Shown piece after piece: positions 47,166 to 55,842 of a stretch of 55,842 nucleotides of DNA; within the stretch, counting starts at the first letter, position 1; every line of letters starts with the position of its first letter. The position numbers and the translations under genes are program-made. The stretch lies in the NCBI GenBank assembly GCA_046155505.1, contig JBJXFK010000129.1:1-55842 (forward strand). Reading direction: 5' to 3'. Below the pieces are notes generated by a model. It worked only from the letters and a program-made list of their open reading frames with translations. It searched no databases and was not told where the DNA came from. Source of the stretch: Phycisphaerae bacterium. GTDB taxonomy: Bacteria > Planctomycetota > Phycisphaerae > UBA1845 > Fen-1342.

Positions 47166-48585
47166 GAATTTTGCCGGTCGGTCCGCGCGGCAGGTCGGTC
47201 GCGATCTTCACATCGCGCGGCACTTTGTATCCGGCCAGTTTGTCGCGACAGAACGTGCGGATCTCGTTCTCGTCGGCGGTCGCACCGTCGTGCAGAATGA
47301 CGAATGCGACAGGCAATTCGCCGCGCAAATCATCGCGCACGCCGATCACTGCGACTTCGGCGACAGCGGGATGCTGGGCGACCACGTCTTCGATCTCGCG
47401 TGGGAAGACATTTTCGCCGCCGACGATGATCATTTCTTTCGCCCGGCCGGTGATGTAGATGAACCCCTCGTCGTCCACTTTGCCGATATCACCCGAATGC
47501 AGCCCGCCACTGCGAATGCTGGCCGCGGTCGCGTCGGGTTTGTTGTGATAGCCGGCCATGACGTTGGGCCCGCGAATCACGAGTTCACCTTCGAGATTTG
47601 CACCGAGGCGCTGGCCGTGGGCATCGACGGCGTAGACTTCGATTCCGGGTAGAGCCGTTCCCACCGAACCGAGTTTGCGCTTCCAGGGCACATTCAATGA
47701 AACGACCGGGGCGGACTCGGTCATGCCGTAGCCCTCTTGCAGGCAGATGTTGAATTTCTGCTTGAAGAGTTCCGCGACATTCAACGAGAGCGGCTCGCCG
47801 CCGCTGACCGCGAGCTTGAGCGATGCGAGCTGCGACGCATTGGCGGAACGCATCTTCGCCATCGCGGCGAACATGCTGGCGACAGCGATGAAGATGGTGA
47901 TCTGTTTCTCGTGAATCAGGTTGACGACCGCAGCGGGGCTGAAGCGCGGCAGGAACCAGACCGTCGCGCCGATCATCAGCGGCAACACGGTGAGCGCGGT
48001 GAGGCCGAAACTGTGAAATTGCGGAAGCACACTGAGGAATGTTTGGTCAGGCGTGATCTTCGCCTGCGCCATGGCGGCAAGCGCGTTACTGACGAGATTT
48101 TCGAAGGTGAGCACCACGCCCTTCGGCTCGCCGGTCGTGCCCGATGTGTAGATGAAAGCGGCGGTGTCGCTCGGACCGGCGGCGGGTGCGGCGAGTTGTC
48201 CCGGCACCATCGTCTTGGCATTCAGCATGATCGTTTTCAGCCCGGTCGCCTGCACTTGGGGCAGGAAGTGATCGATGGTGATGATCAGATCAAAGCCAGC
48301 GTCGCGAACGATCTTGCCCAGCTCGGCGGGTGCGAGGAAGAAGTTCAGCGGCACGGGCGTTTTTCCGGCGTACCAGCAAGCTAAGATCGCCGCGGCGCAG
48401 GCCGTGGATGTCGGCGCGAGTATGCCGACGCGCGGGGCGTTGGTTTGCGCGTTGATCTGCGACGCAAGGCCGCACGCGATCGCGCGAAAGCTCTTGTAGT
48501 CGAGCACGAGCGATTGATCGCAAGCGGCGGGACGGTCGGGGGTATTGGCGACCGACGCTTCAAAACGGCTGAGCAGATGATGCAT
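47140..48585 (-). CDS. AMP-dependent synthetase/ligase (long-chain acyl-CoA synthetase-like)
   Basis: AMP-binding motif AFIYTSGTTGEPKGVVLT, later GYGMTE and GDIGKVDDEGFIYITGRAKE. Confidence 0.8.
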   Translation of the reverse strand: MHHLLSRFEASVANTPDRPAACDQSLVLDYKSFRAIACGLASQINAQTNAPRVGILAPTSTACAAAILACWYAGKTPVPLNFFLAPAELGKIVRDAGFDLIITIDHFLPQVQATGLKTIMLNAKTMVPGQLAAPAAGPSDTAAFIYTSGTTGEPKGVVLTFENLVSNALAAMAQAKITPDQTFLSVLPQFHSFGLTALTVLPLMIGATVWFLPRFSPAAVVNLIHEKQITIFIAVASMFAAMAKMRSANASQLASLKLAVSGGEPLSLNVAELFKQKFNICLQEGYGMTESAPVVSLNVPWKRKLGSVGTALPGIEVYAVDAHGQRLGANLEGELVIRGPNVMAGYHNKPDATAASIRSGGLHSGDIGKVDDEGFIYITGRAKEMIIVGGENVFPREIEDVVAQHPAVAEVAVIGVRDDLRGELPVAFVILHDGATADENEIRTFCRDKLAGYKVPRDVKIATDLPRGPTGKILKRALKVD

Positions 48586-48714
48586 GACGCACTCCTGTTC
48601 CTCGCGGCGAAATTGTAGCGGTGGGCGTGAGGGACATTGGTCGCCGGACGGCAGAGTCGGGATGCTCACCGGCTGATAGCCGGTGCGACACTTGTCACTT
48701 TGCACGAGTGCGCA

Positions 48715-49281
48715 TCAAACCGTCATGATGTCCTTGGTCTTGTCTTCGAGCAGCTTTTCTACCGTCGCGCAGTAGTCGTCGGTCAACTTTTGCACCTGCT
48801 CCTGGCTGCTCTTGGCCATGTCTTCGGTGATGGTCTTGGCCTTTTCCTCGCCGTCGATCAGCTTGTTGGCGTCGCGCCGGAGGTTGCGGATCGCCACCTT
48901 CTGCTGCTCGGCGATGCCCTTGATGCGTGTGACGAGTTGATTGCGGCGTTCGGTCGAAAGCGCCGGCACGGGCAGGCGCACAACTTTGCCGTCGCTTTGC
49001 GGATTGATGCCGAGGTCGCTTTTGACGATGCCGCGTTCGATATCTTTCAGCGTGCTGGGGTCGAACGGCTTGATCACGATCTGGTTGCCGTCGGTCACGC
49101 CGATGCTGGCGAGTTCCTTGAGCGTCATCGTCGAGCCATAGGATTCGACTTCGACGCGCAGGCCGTCGACCAGCGCGGGCGTAGCCCGGCCGGTGCGTAC
49201 GCCGCGAAGCTCCTGCTTGAGGTGATCGACGGCTTTTTCCATATTGGATTCGGCTTCAAAGAGAATTTCATCGAGGGCCAT
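48715..49281 (-). CDS. frr: ribosome recycling factor
   Basis: Full-length 188-aa RRF: MEKAVDHLKQELRGVRTGRATPALVDGLRVE... Confidence 0.9.
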   Translation of the reverse strand: MALDEILFEAESNMEKAVDHLKQELRGVRTGRATPALVDGLRVEVESYGSTMTLKELASIGVTDGNQIVIKPFDPSTLKDIERGIVKSDLGINPQSDGKVVRLPVPALSTERRNQLVTRIKGIAEQQKVAIRNLRRDANKLIDGEEKAKTITEDMAKSSQEQVQKLTDDYCATVEKLLEDKTKDIMTV

Positions 49282-49432
49282 AAACCCGCTCCGGTGCGTT
49301 AGTTGACGAATCTTGCGTGAGAATACAGGTAGGTTGGGCTTCGCTCAAGGCTGCGTGATCCGCCGCTCGACGTGCGCTGCCGCCGCCTGCCGAAAATAAC
49401 GGCACGAGGCCAGCGAATACGCCATCGAACCG

Positions 49433-50248
49433 GTGGGTCTACGCGTGCGTTGCGATCAGCACATGACCGAATGGCGGATTGGCGACCTGCGTGTCGACTA
49501 CCGCCACTATGCACCCAGCGAGTTCATGTCGCCGCACGCGCACGACTTTTCGGTAATTTCAATTGTCGTTCGCGGCTGTGTCGAGGAGATCGCGCGCGGG
49601 CGAAGCGGACTCGCAACCATCGGCTGCGCGGCGTTCAAGCCGGCCGGGTTTGAGCACGCTGACAGGTTCGGTCCCGATGGCTCGTCGATTGTGTCGCTGC
49701 GCTGGACATCGCCGACGGCGTGGCCGGCGGGTCTGGCAACCGGCGCGCCCGCTTACGAATGGTGCGGCGGCGGCGCGCTGGCGCTGGGCATGCGTCGGCT
49801 GGCGAGTCTGGTGGCCGAACTGCACGGCAGCGACGACCTAGCGTGCCGCGAGCGGATCGAGCAGGCGGCGCTTGATGTCGGCGGCGCGGTTTGCGCGAAC
49901 GACGACGAATGCGGCGGCTGGGTCGAAGCCGCGCGCGACTATGTTCATGCGCATTTTGATCAATCTGTTTCACTTGGTGATTGCGCGGAGCGCGTGGGAC
50001 GCCATCCGGTCAGTGTGGCGCGGGCGTTTCGGCGGCGATTCGGTTGCAGCGTGATCGAGTACGCCCATCGTCTGCGCATCGAGCATGCGATGCAACGTCT
50101 GCGCGGACGCGATGCGCGGCTGGCCGACGTGGCTCTGTCGGTCGGCTACGCGGATCAGGCACACTTCTGTCGATTTTTCCGCCGCATGACGGGCCGCACG
50201 CCGGGGCAGCATCGGCGGTTGTCGGTCGAGCGCGAACTGGTGCGCTGA
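49433..50248 (+). CDS. AraC-family transcriptional regulator
   Basis: C-terminal HTH ...IEYAHRLRIEHAMQRL...LADVALSVGYADQAHFCRFFRRMTGRTPGQHRR; N-terminal cupin-like domain. Confidence 0.75.
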   Translation: MGLRVRCDQHMTEWRIGDLRVDYRHYAPSEFMSPHAHDFSVISIVVRGCVEEIARGRSGLATIGCAAFKPAGFEHADRFGPDGSSIVSLRWTSPTAWPAGLATGAPAYEWCGGGALALGMRRLASLVAELHGSDDLACRERIEQAALDVGGAVCANDDECGGWVEAARDYVHAHFDQSVSLGDCAERVGRHPVSVARAFRRRFGCSVIEYAHRLRIEHAMQRLRGRDARLADVALSVGYADQAHFCRFFRRMTGRTPGQHRRLSVERELVR

Positions 50249-50283
50249 GCGAAGTGACAACAATGTTCGCGCATCGTCGCGCG

Positions 50284-50346
50284 GGGAAGCATCGGCGTCC
50301 TTGCCGACGCGAATTCAACTCGCACCGGCCGGAGGCCGATGCTCCC
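50284..50346. repeat. GC-rich hairpin element (degenerate left arm), family of 26282..26312
   Basis: ggggaagcatcggcgtccttgccgacgcgaattcaactcgcaccggccggaggccgatgctcccc. Confidence 0.5.
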
Positions 50347-50464
50347 CGATGCAGAATCGCGAATGCCGACGCATCGCGCTTCAATCGTTCAATATTCGAG
50401 ACGAGCAGGCAGATACGCTGCGAACATGACGCGCGAGCGGAATCGCGCGAGAATTGGAGTCAAC

Positions 50465-51970
50465 ATGTTCGCGTATGTGTCCAATGTGTCGAGTGGCCTC
50501 GCGATGTTTGCGGTGCTGGCGGTCGGGTCTGCGGGCGGCGGTGAGAAGCTCGCCGAGTGCAGCGAGTTGCGTCATCTGGAGGCGCGCTGGCGCGAAGCGA
50601 TGACGAAGATGTACGCGCCGAGCATCGCGATCGCGGTGGTGAAGGGCGATCAGGTACTCGTCTGCGACGCGATCGGCCAGCGCACCGCCGATCTCGATCA
50701 GTTCGCCGACGCCGACACGATGTACTACATTGCATCGTCCACGAAGACGTATGTAGCGACCGCGCTGGCCGCGCTGCAGGCGCAGGGCAAGGTCAATCTC
50801 GAATCGCCGGTGAAGACGTACCTGCCGAGGTTCCAACTGGCCGATGCCCAGGCCGCGACGACGATTATTGTCAGCGATCTGCTCTGTCACAAGCCGGGGC
50901 TTTCCGATTGGGCGATCGTGTTCAACGACGCGTACACTGGATTGATCACCGATGACATCTACTATCGTCGACTCGCGACGTGCTCGCCGAATGCGACGCC
51001 CCAATATTCGAACGTGAATTTCACGCTCGCTGGTCGCGTGCTGGAATCGGTCAGCGGCAAGTCATGGAAACTCGCGCTCGACGATGTGCTGTTCAAACCG
51101 GCAGGATTGACGCGCACCACCGGCGATGCGGACAAGATGTATGCCGACAACAACGTGGCGCTGCCGCTCGTGTGGCGCAGCGGCGGATTTGTCGAGGCCC
51201 CGCGCAAGTCGAGCCGTTCGATGCACGCGGCGGGCGGGCTGGGCACGACGGCGCGTGACGCCGCTCGGTATTTGTTGCTCTCCATGAACGGCGGCAAACT
51301 CGACGGGAAGCAGGTCGTGCCGGAAGCGGCGATTCGCCAGGCGCTCACGCCGCGGCAGACGATGCCGCCGGACGGGCAAATTCGGCGATTTGATTCGTTC
51401 GGGCTGGGCTGGCGGCTCGGTACCTATCGCGATAGGCCGTACGCCGCTCATCAGGGCGGATATGTCGGTGCCTCGTCGCACATCTCGTTCCTGACCGAAG
51501 AAAAAATCGGTGTGGCGATCCTGGTCAATAGCGACGGACCGGCGGGAGCGGGCGGGTTGATCGACGTGATTTCCATCGACATCTTTGACGCATTGCTGGG
51601 ACTACAGAACCCTGACTTGCTGCCAAAGTACCTGGAGCGAGCGGCGACCTATCCGCCGCAACTGGCTCAGATGCTTGCGCAGCAGAAGGCGCTCGACGCG
51701 CGGGACGTGTCGATTGAGCTCGCCAGTTGCGCAGGTGCGTTCAGTCATCCGGACTTCGGGACGCTGCGGCTGTCGGTTGTGGGCGAGCGTCTGCATTTTG
51801 AGCTGGGCGATTTGCGCGGCGAGGTGCTTGCCGCGGCGAGCAAGGACACGATCGCGATTTCGCAGGACGTGCGGCAGAGCTACGAAGGCAAGCTGGAAAT
51901 CGAGGGCGGGAAGGTGCGCGCGGTGACGTTCGATTTTCCGTCGGGCGAGACGCGGTTTGCGGCGAAGTGA
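50465..51970 (+). CDS. secreted serine hydrolase of the beta-lactamase/PBP-related (class C-like) family
   Basis: Signal peptide MFAYVSNVSSGLAMFAVLAVGSAGG; SxxK motif YYIASSTKTY; YSN motif. Confidence 0.7.
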   Translation: MFAYVSNVSSGLAMFAVLAVGSAGGGEKLAECSELRHLEARWREAMTKMYAPSIAIAVVKGDQVLVCDAIGQRTADLDQFADADTMYYIASSTKTYVATALAALQAQGKVNLESPVKTYLPRFQLADAQAATTIIVSDLLCHKPGLSDWAIVFNDAYTGLITDDIYYRRLATCSPNATPQYSNVNFTLAGRVLESVSGKSWKLALDDVLFKPAGLTRTTGDADKMYADNNVALPLVWRSGGFVEAPRKSSRSMHAAGGLGTTARDAARYLLLSMNGGKLDGKQVVPEAAIRQALTPRQTMPPDGQIRRFDSFGLGWRLGTYRDRPYAAHQGGYVGASSHISFLTEEKIGVAILVNSDGPAGAGGLIDVISIDIFDALLGLQNPDLLPKYLERAATYPPQLAQMLAQQKALDARDVSIELASCAGAFSHPDFGTLRLSVVGERLHFELGDLRGEVLAAASKDTIAISQDVRQSYEGKLEIEGGKVRAVTFDFPSGETRFAAK

Positions 51971-52069
51971 TGCACGACGGGCCGCGGTGATGCCTGACGC
52001 GTCGCGGCGATTCGCGATTGCGTACAATCCTCCGCTCGATCCGCGCGTGACGCGGGTCTGGCGGAGGAT

Positions 52070-52456
52070 TTGCTTATGGCCGCGGACGATTGCCGTTGTC
52101 CCGCGATTCGAGTGATGATGATGCCGCGCGACACGAACGCGCACGGCACGATTTTCGGCGGCGTGCTGCTGAGCTACATCGATCAAGCCGGCGCGGTCGA
52201 GGCGCGAAAGGCGACGCCGCACAAGTTTGTGACCGTGGCGATGAACGGCGTGGAGTTCAAGAAGCCGGTGTTTGTGGGCGATGTGCTGAGCTTTCACACC
52301 GAAGTGACGCGCAGCGGGCGAACGTCGGTGACGATTCGCGTGATCGTCGAAGCCGAGCGGTTCACGAACCCGGCGGACATTGTGGTCGTGACCGAAGCGA
52401 CGCTGGTGTATGTGGCGGTGAATGACGCGGGGCAGCCGATACCGCTTACGCAGTAG
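52070..52456 (+). CDS. acyl-CoA thioesterase (hotdog fold, YciA-like)
   Basis: MMPRDTNAHGTIFGGVLLSYIDQAGAVEA... typical YciA-type thioesterase. Confidence 0.75.
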   Translation: MLMAADDCRCPAIRVMMMPRDTNAHGTIFGGVLLSYIDQAGAVEARKATPHKFVTVAMNGVEFKKPVFVGDVLSFHTEVTRSGRTSVTIRVIVEAERFTNPADIVVVTEATLVYVAVNDAGQPIPLTQ

Positions 52457-52458
52457 CG

Positions 52459-52503
52459 GGCGAATGCTGAAGGCTGATGGCAGAAGGCCGAAAGCAGAAG
52501 ACC
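52459..52503. repeat. short purine-rich tandem repeat (gaaggc/gaatgc-type) abutting the thioesterase stop
   Basis: gcgaatgctgaaggctgatggcagaaggccgaaagcagaagacc. Confidence 0.4.
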
Positions 52504-52516
52504 ACCGCGGCGGCCT

Positions 52517-52633
52517 ATCCGAGCCCCGAGCGCGAGCGAGTGGGGTGAGTCGCGGCGTCGGCGACGTGTTCGATCTTGCTGCGGTGCCTGCTCCGGCACG
52601 TTACCCCGCTCGCTCGCGCTCGGGGTTCGGATT
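52517..52633. repeat. MITE-like element with about 33-bp terminal inverted repeats (second copy)
   Basis: atccgagccccgagcgcgagcgagtggggtga ... cacgttaccccgctcgctcgcgctcggggttcggat. Confidence 0.6.
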
Positions 52634-52790
52634 CGGAGTTCGGAATCGGGTTCGCGCGTACATTTCTCTGACCTCGATTTGACTTCCGCCGCGGCGCGAG
52701 CAGAATAGAAGTGCTGGGCATGTCTTTCGCAAGAATCGCGGACATCGCAATCCGCGCTTTTCAGAAGCATCAATCAAGGGGGGGAACCGC

Positions 52791-54677
52791 ATGCACGCTC
52801 GCCCGCTCCGCGCGTCGATTGCATCCACTGCATTCGTCGCATCGCTCGGCATCGTCGCCCCATCGCCACTTGCGACCGCGCAGCCGCAGGAACCGCCGCC
52901 GCTCGATGTCGCGTCCGCGATGAGCGATTGGCCGCTCGAGGGGATCGGCCCGCGCGGCGGGACGGGTTCGTTCGGGCCGGTGTTCAATTGGGGGTTGCCT
53001 GGGCGGCTCATGGTGCCGATTCACGCGGCGCTGGTGCCCGATTTCGACCCCGTGACGCGCCGCATCGTCGGCAAGATTTTTTCGTTCGGCTACTACGGCA
53101 GCCCGAGTGCGTATCTGTGGGATCCGCGCGACGGCAGTTTTGAACTTTTCCGCCAGCCCTACCCGATCGAGATCGGTCGGCAATGCGGCGAGATGGAGAT
53201 GCACGCCGACGGGGTGTTTTTCTGCTCCGGGCATTCGGTGTTGCCGGACGGGCGGGTGCTGCTGACCGGCGGCGACGTACATGCGAGCGATTTGGAGTGC
53301 TCGGGTGGATATGCATTCGCCGGTCCGCGATTTTCGTGGATTTTTGATCCGCGGGCGAGCGCCGACAATGCGTTCATTCGTCAGCCGGACATGAACGACG
53401 GTCGGTGGTATCCGACGAATCTAACGTTGCAGGACGGGCGCGTGGTGGTGATGTCGGGCTATGACGAGTGCAGCTCATGCGCCAACAACGGCGCGCCGAT
53501 CTCGACGGTTAATCGCGACGTCGAGATTTACACGCCGAGCGGGGCGAGCGGCAGTTGGCAAATCGCGGGGCAGCGCGAGTTGCCGCTCTATCCTAATTTG
53601 TGGTTGCACACGAACAATCAGTTTTTCTATGCCGGGCCGGGCAGTGACAGTGCGATGTTCACCATTTCGCCGTCGGGGCAGATCAGTTGGTTTCTGATCG
53701 ACCACTCAAATCATCCGTTTCGCGGCGGGGGCAGTTTTGTCGGCGTGCCGGGATTTCCGGGGCGGATCATGCTGGTCGGCGGCGGATGCTGCGGGCCGAA
53801 CTCAACCAATATGGTGGAAATCATCGATCTGTACGCGTTTCCGCGGGAGTGGCGCGTGGTTGCTCCGCTGGCGCTCGGTCGCGAATACGCCGACGCGACG
53901 ATCTTGCCCGATCAGACGATCCTCGTCAGCGGCGGGCGGCGAAATACGTGGGACGACCCACGCGGCGAGCCGGCGTATCTGGCGGAGTTGTACGACCCGC
54001 ATGATCCCGATGGCTCGCCGGAGTGGCGGCCGATGGCCAGTGCGGCGCGGCCGCGCATGTATCACTCGACGGCGCTGCTGCTGCCGGATGGCAGCGTCTG
54101 GACCGCCGGCGGCACGGGTGAGGGGCCGCACCCGGATCAGCCGAATGCGGAGATTTTCTATCCGCCGTATTGGTTTGAGTCGCGGCCGACGATCGTGAAA
54201 GCGCCCAAGCGCGTGCAATATGCCGAGCCGTTCAGCGTGTTCGTCGATGATGCGAGTGCGATCACGGCGGTTTCGCTGATTCGACCGGGTTCGACCACGC
54301 ACGCGGTGAACATGGAACAGCGGCTGGTGCCGTGCGATTTTGTGCTTGGGGGTGGGACGCAGGAACTGATCGTGACCGCGCCCGATGGCGGTGCGAGTGC
54401 GCCGCCGGGGTTTTACATGCTGTTCGTCGGCAACGCCGATCGCGTGCCGTCGCAGGCGCGGTTTGTGAAGTTGTCATCGAGCGCGTGCCCGGGTGATCTG
54501 GATGTCGATGGCGATGTTGAGCTGAGCGATCTGGCGATTCTGCTCAGCGATTTTGGTTGCAGCGGCGACGATTGCGTTGGCGACGTGGACGAAACGGGCG
54601 GCGGCGGCGCGATCAGCGATACGGACTTGAGCGATTTGGCGACGCTGCTGACGGCGTTTGGGGGGACGTGCGAGTGA
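52791..54677 (+). CDS. secreted glyoxal/galactose-oxidase-like protein (kelch propeller plus DUF1929-like) with C-terminal tandem dockerin-like repeats
   Basis: Signal peptide; C-terminal GFYMLFVGNADRVPSQARFVKL (DUF1929-like end); DLDVDGDVELSDLAILLSDFG...ISDTDLSDLATLLTAFGGTCE. Confidence 0.6.
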   Translation: MHARPLRASIASTAFVASLGIVAPSPLATAQPQEPPPLDVASAMSDWPLEGIGPRGGTGSFGPVFNWGLPGRLMVPIHAALVPDFDPVTRRIVGKIFSFGYYGSPSAYLWDPRDGSFELFRQPYPIEIGRQCGEMEMHADGVFFCSGHSVLPDGRVLLTGGDVHASDLECSGGYAFAGPRFSWIFDPRASADNAFIRQPDMNDGRWYPTNLTLQDGRVVVMSGYDECSSCANNGAPISTVNRDVEIYTPSGASGSWQIAGQRELPLYPNLWLHTNNQFFYAGPGSDSAMFTISPSGQISWFLIDHSNHPFRGGGSFVGVPGFPGRIMLVGGGCCGPNSTNMVEIIDLYAFPREWRVVAPLALGREYADATILPDQTILVSGGRRNTWDDPRGEPAYLAELYDPHDPDGSPEWRPMASAARPRMYHSTALLLPDGSVWTAGGTGEGPHPDQPNAEIFYPPYWFESRPTIVKAPKRVQYAEPFSVFVDDASAITAVSLIRPGSTTHAVNMEQRLVPCDFVLGGGTQELIVTAPDGGASAPPGFYMLFVGNADRVPSQARFVKLSSSACPGDLDVDGDVELSDLAILLSDFGCSGDDCVGDVDETGGGGAISDTDLSDLATLLTAFGGTCE

Positions 54678-54696
54678 TGGGGGAGCGGTGGGCGGG

Positions 54697-54731
54697 GAAT
54701 GCAAAGTGCAAAGTGCAAAGTGCGAAGTGTG
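54697..54731. repeat. heptamer tandem repeat (aagtgca x4) after the glyoxal-oxidase-like gene stop
   Basis: gaatgcaaagtgcaaagtgcaaagtgcgaagtgtg. Confidence 0.5.
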
Positions 54732-54746
54732 TTGCGCCCGACGCCC

Positions 54747-55307
54747 TCATGGATCGAAGCGGGTGCCGCATTCCGGACAGGTTCCGGACTCATTGCCGGT
54801 GAGGTTGTAGCCGCACGGTAAGCACTGTGGGTGCGTGACGGCGATGCGGCGTGTGAGGATCAGAATTCGTACACCGCAGTACACCGCCAGTGCCAGGGAG
54901 AGCCCAGCGGCGATGCCCCAAGCCAGTTGCTCGGCGAGGTTTCGGTCGATGTGAGATTGCAGCCGGTCTTTGTTTGACTTTGCCGCTGAATACGCATCGG
55001 CACGTACAACGCCTCGCTCGGTAAGCTGCCGCAGCCGCGATTCGTCGTAGTTGGGTGGCGAGAGTTGGTACAAACGGGCTTCGGCGCTGGTTTCGAGCCC
55101 GTGCAATCGTAGGGATGCGGAGGTCGAGGCCTCCTGCTGCAATGCCGAGGCCATGATAGCGGCCATCCGCGCCGCCGCGCCTGTGGCGTTGAACTTTCGT
55201 TCTATCGAGAGGCCAAGCGAAGCGACTGATAGTCCCAGGACGACGACCAGTGTTCGTCGCTGAGTTCTGAGGGCGCGTTGCTGCCAGGTGGGCATTTCAA
55301 CCGCCAT
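54747..55307 (-). CDS. membrane protein with C-terminal CxxCGYNLTG...CPECG zinc ribbon (paralog family A, third member)
   Basis: CLPCGYNLTGNESGTCPECGTRFDP; N-terminal TM segments. Confidence 0.5.
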   Translation of the reverse strand: MAVEMPTWQQRALRTQRRTLVVVLGLSVASLGLSIERKFNATGAAARMAAIMASALQQEASTSASLRLHGLETSAEARLYQLSPPNYDESRLRQLTERGVVRADAYSAAKSNKDRLQSHIDRNLAEQLAWGIAAGLSLALAVYCGVRILILTRRIAVTHPQCLPCGYNLTGNESGTCPECGTRFDP

Positions 55308-55429
55308 GGGCGCGATTCCTCATCAGCGCGCCGTGCGCGAACCAGCCCGGCGCGTACGAAGAGTCGAGTGCCCGCCTGCGGAGGCAGATTCATGCCGACG
55401 CAACGGCCGCCGAAGTGGTAGCCACCGTC

Positions 55430-55522
55430 TCGAACCCCGAGCGTGAGCGAGCCGGGCGACGTCCCGACGGAGATAAAGCAGCCGAGGGCGGCAGCTCCAC
55501 AATCTCCGGGTGACCGCCGAGA
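55430..55522. repeat. MITE-arm-like sequence (tcgaaccccgagcgtgagcgagccggg) plus 28-nt exact repeat (copy 2)
   Basis: Same two-part architecture as 5660..5736. Confidence 0.5.
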
Positions 55523-55530
55523 CCGCTCGA

Positions 55531-55842
55531 CTACGGCGCGATGGTCGCGACTGACGCATCGCTCGGCATCATCGCCGCCTTCGGCTCGGTTTTCGAAATC
55601 GTCGCCGGTCTCGTCAGACTCTCGCTCGCCCCGCCGCTGGCGTTCATCAGCACGCTCGGGAAGAACGCGAACAGCAGCGTCAAAAAGCCGCAGAGCAGCG
55701 CACCCATGTGCTGGGCCTCGCGCGGGGCGGGTTCGGCGGCTTCGTCGTTTTCGTAGAGCAGGCAGGCCGCGATCACGCGCAGGTAATACGCCGCGCCGAT
55801 CGCGGAGTTGATCGCGGCGATGATGACCAGGGCGATGATCCA
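55531..55842 (-). CDS. C-terminal fragment of a NuoN/Mrp-antiporter-D-like proton-pumping membrane subunit (gene continues beyond the window end)
   Basis: Own translation of the minus strand from the window edge: WIIALVIIAAINSAIGAAYYLRVIAACLLYE... resembles the NuoN C-terminus (AYYLRV); the track ORF 55531..55776 is its 3' part. Confidence 0.45.
   Translation of the reverse strand, partial: WIIALVIIAAINSAIGAAYYLRVIAACLLYENDEAAEPAPREAQHMGALLCGFLTLLFAFFPSVLMNASGGASESLTRPATISKTEPKAAMMPSDASVATIAP

Noticed and set aside
29101-54731. Possibility that the short tandem repeats are CRISPR arrays
   Set aside because: Units are only 7-9 nt, contiguous, with no unique spacers of 25-40 nt and no cas genes; they are not CRISPR.

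Overview
This window is about 56 kb of high-GC (roughly 65%) bacterial chromosome. Several features point to a Planctomycetota-like genome: two PEP-CTERM proteins, four secreted proteins ending in tandem dockerin-like repeats, CxxCGY(D/N)L zinc-ribbon membrane proteins, and very repeat-rich intergenic regions. The backbone is housekeeping: tRNA-His, kdsA, gltX, lepA, pcm, frr, NDH-2, ada, moaB/mogA, ktrAB/trkHA, an ALDH7-type dehydrogenase, an MsbA-like ABC exporter, flotillin, an acyl-CoA ligase and a thioesterase. Accessory-looking modules are interspersed among these. A DUF115 (Maf-like) gene is translationally coupled to a nucleotidyltransferase-like / Cys-less radical-SAM-like / SPASM-twitch fusion protein. 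A 2.46-kb segment carrying a stand-alone proprotein-convertase P-domain secreted protein is bracketed by 386-bp direct repeats that duplicate the 3' end of a neighbouring gene. A lower-GC island holds four small minus-strand genes (YgiT zinc finger, PIN-like, and a 59-aa ORF absent from the ORF track). An FRG-domain gene plus an overlapping unknown partner is wedged 3 nt after the ALDH gene. A polysaccharide-deacetylase gene is coupled by a GTGA overlap to a formyltransferase-like gene. Non-coding DNA carries at least five families of interspersed repeats: a 25-nt REP-like hairpin, MITE-like TIR elements, a GC palindrome, roughly 85-nt gaccggtc hairpins, and heptamer or octamer tandem arrays. 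A partial NuoN-like gene runs off the right edge. No CRISPR array, rRNA, integrase or transposase gene was found. All identifications rest on motif recognition by eye, with no database searches run.
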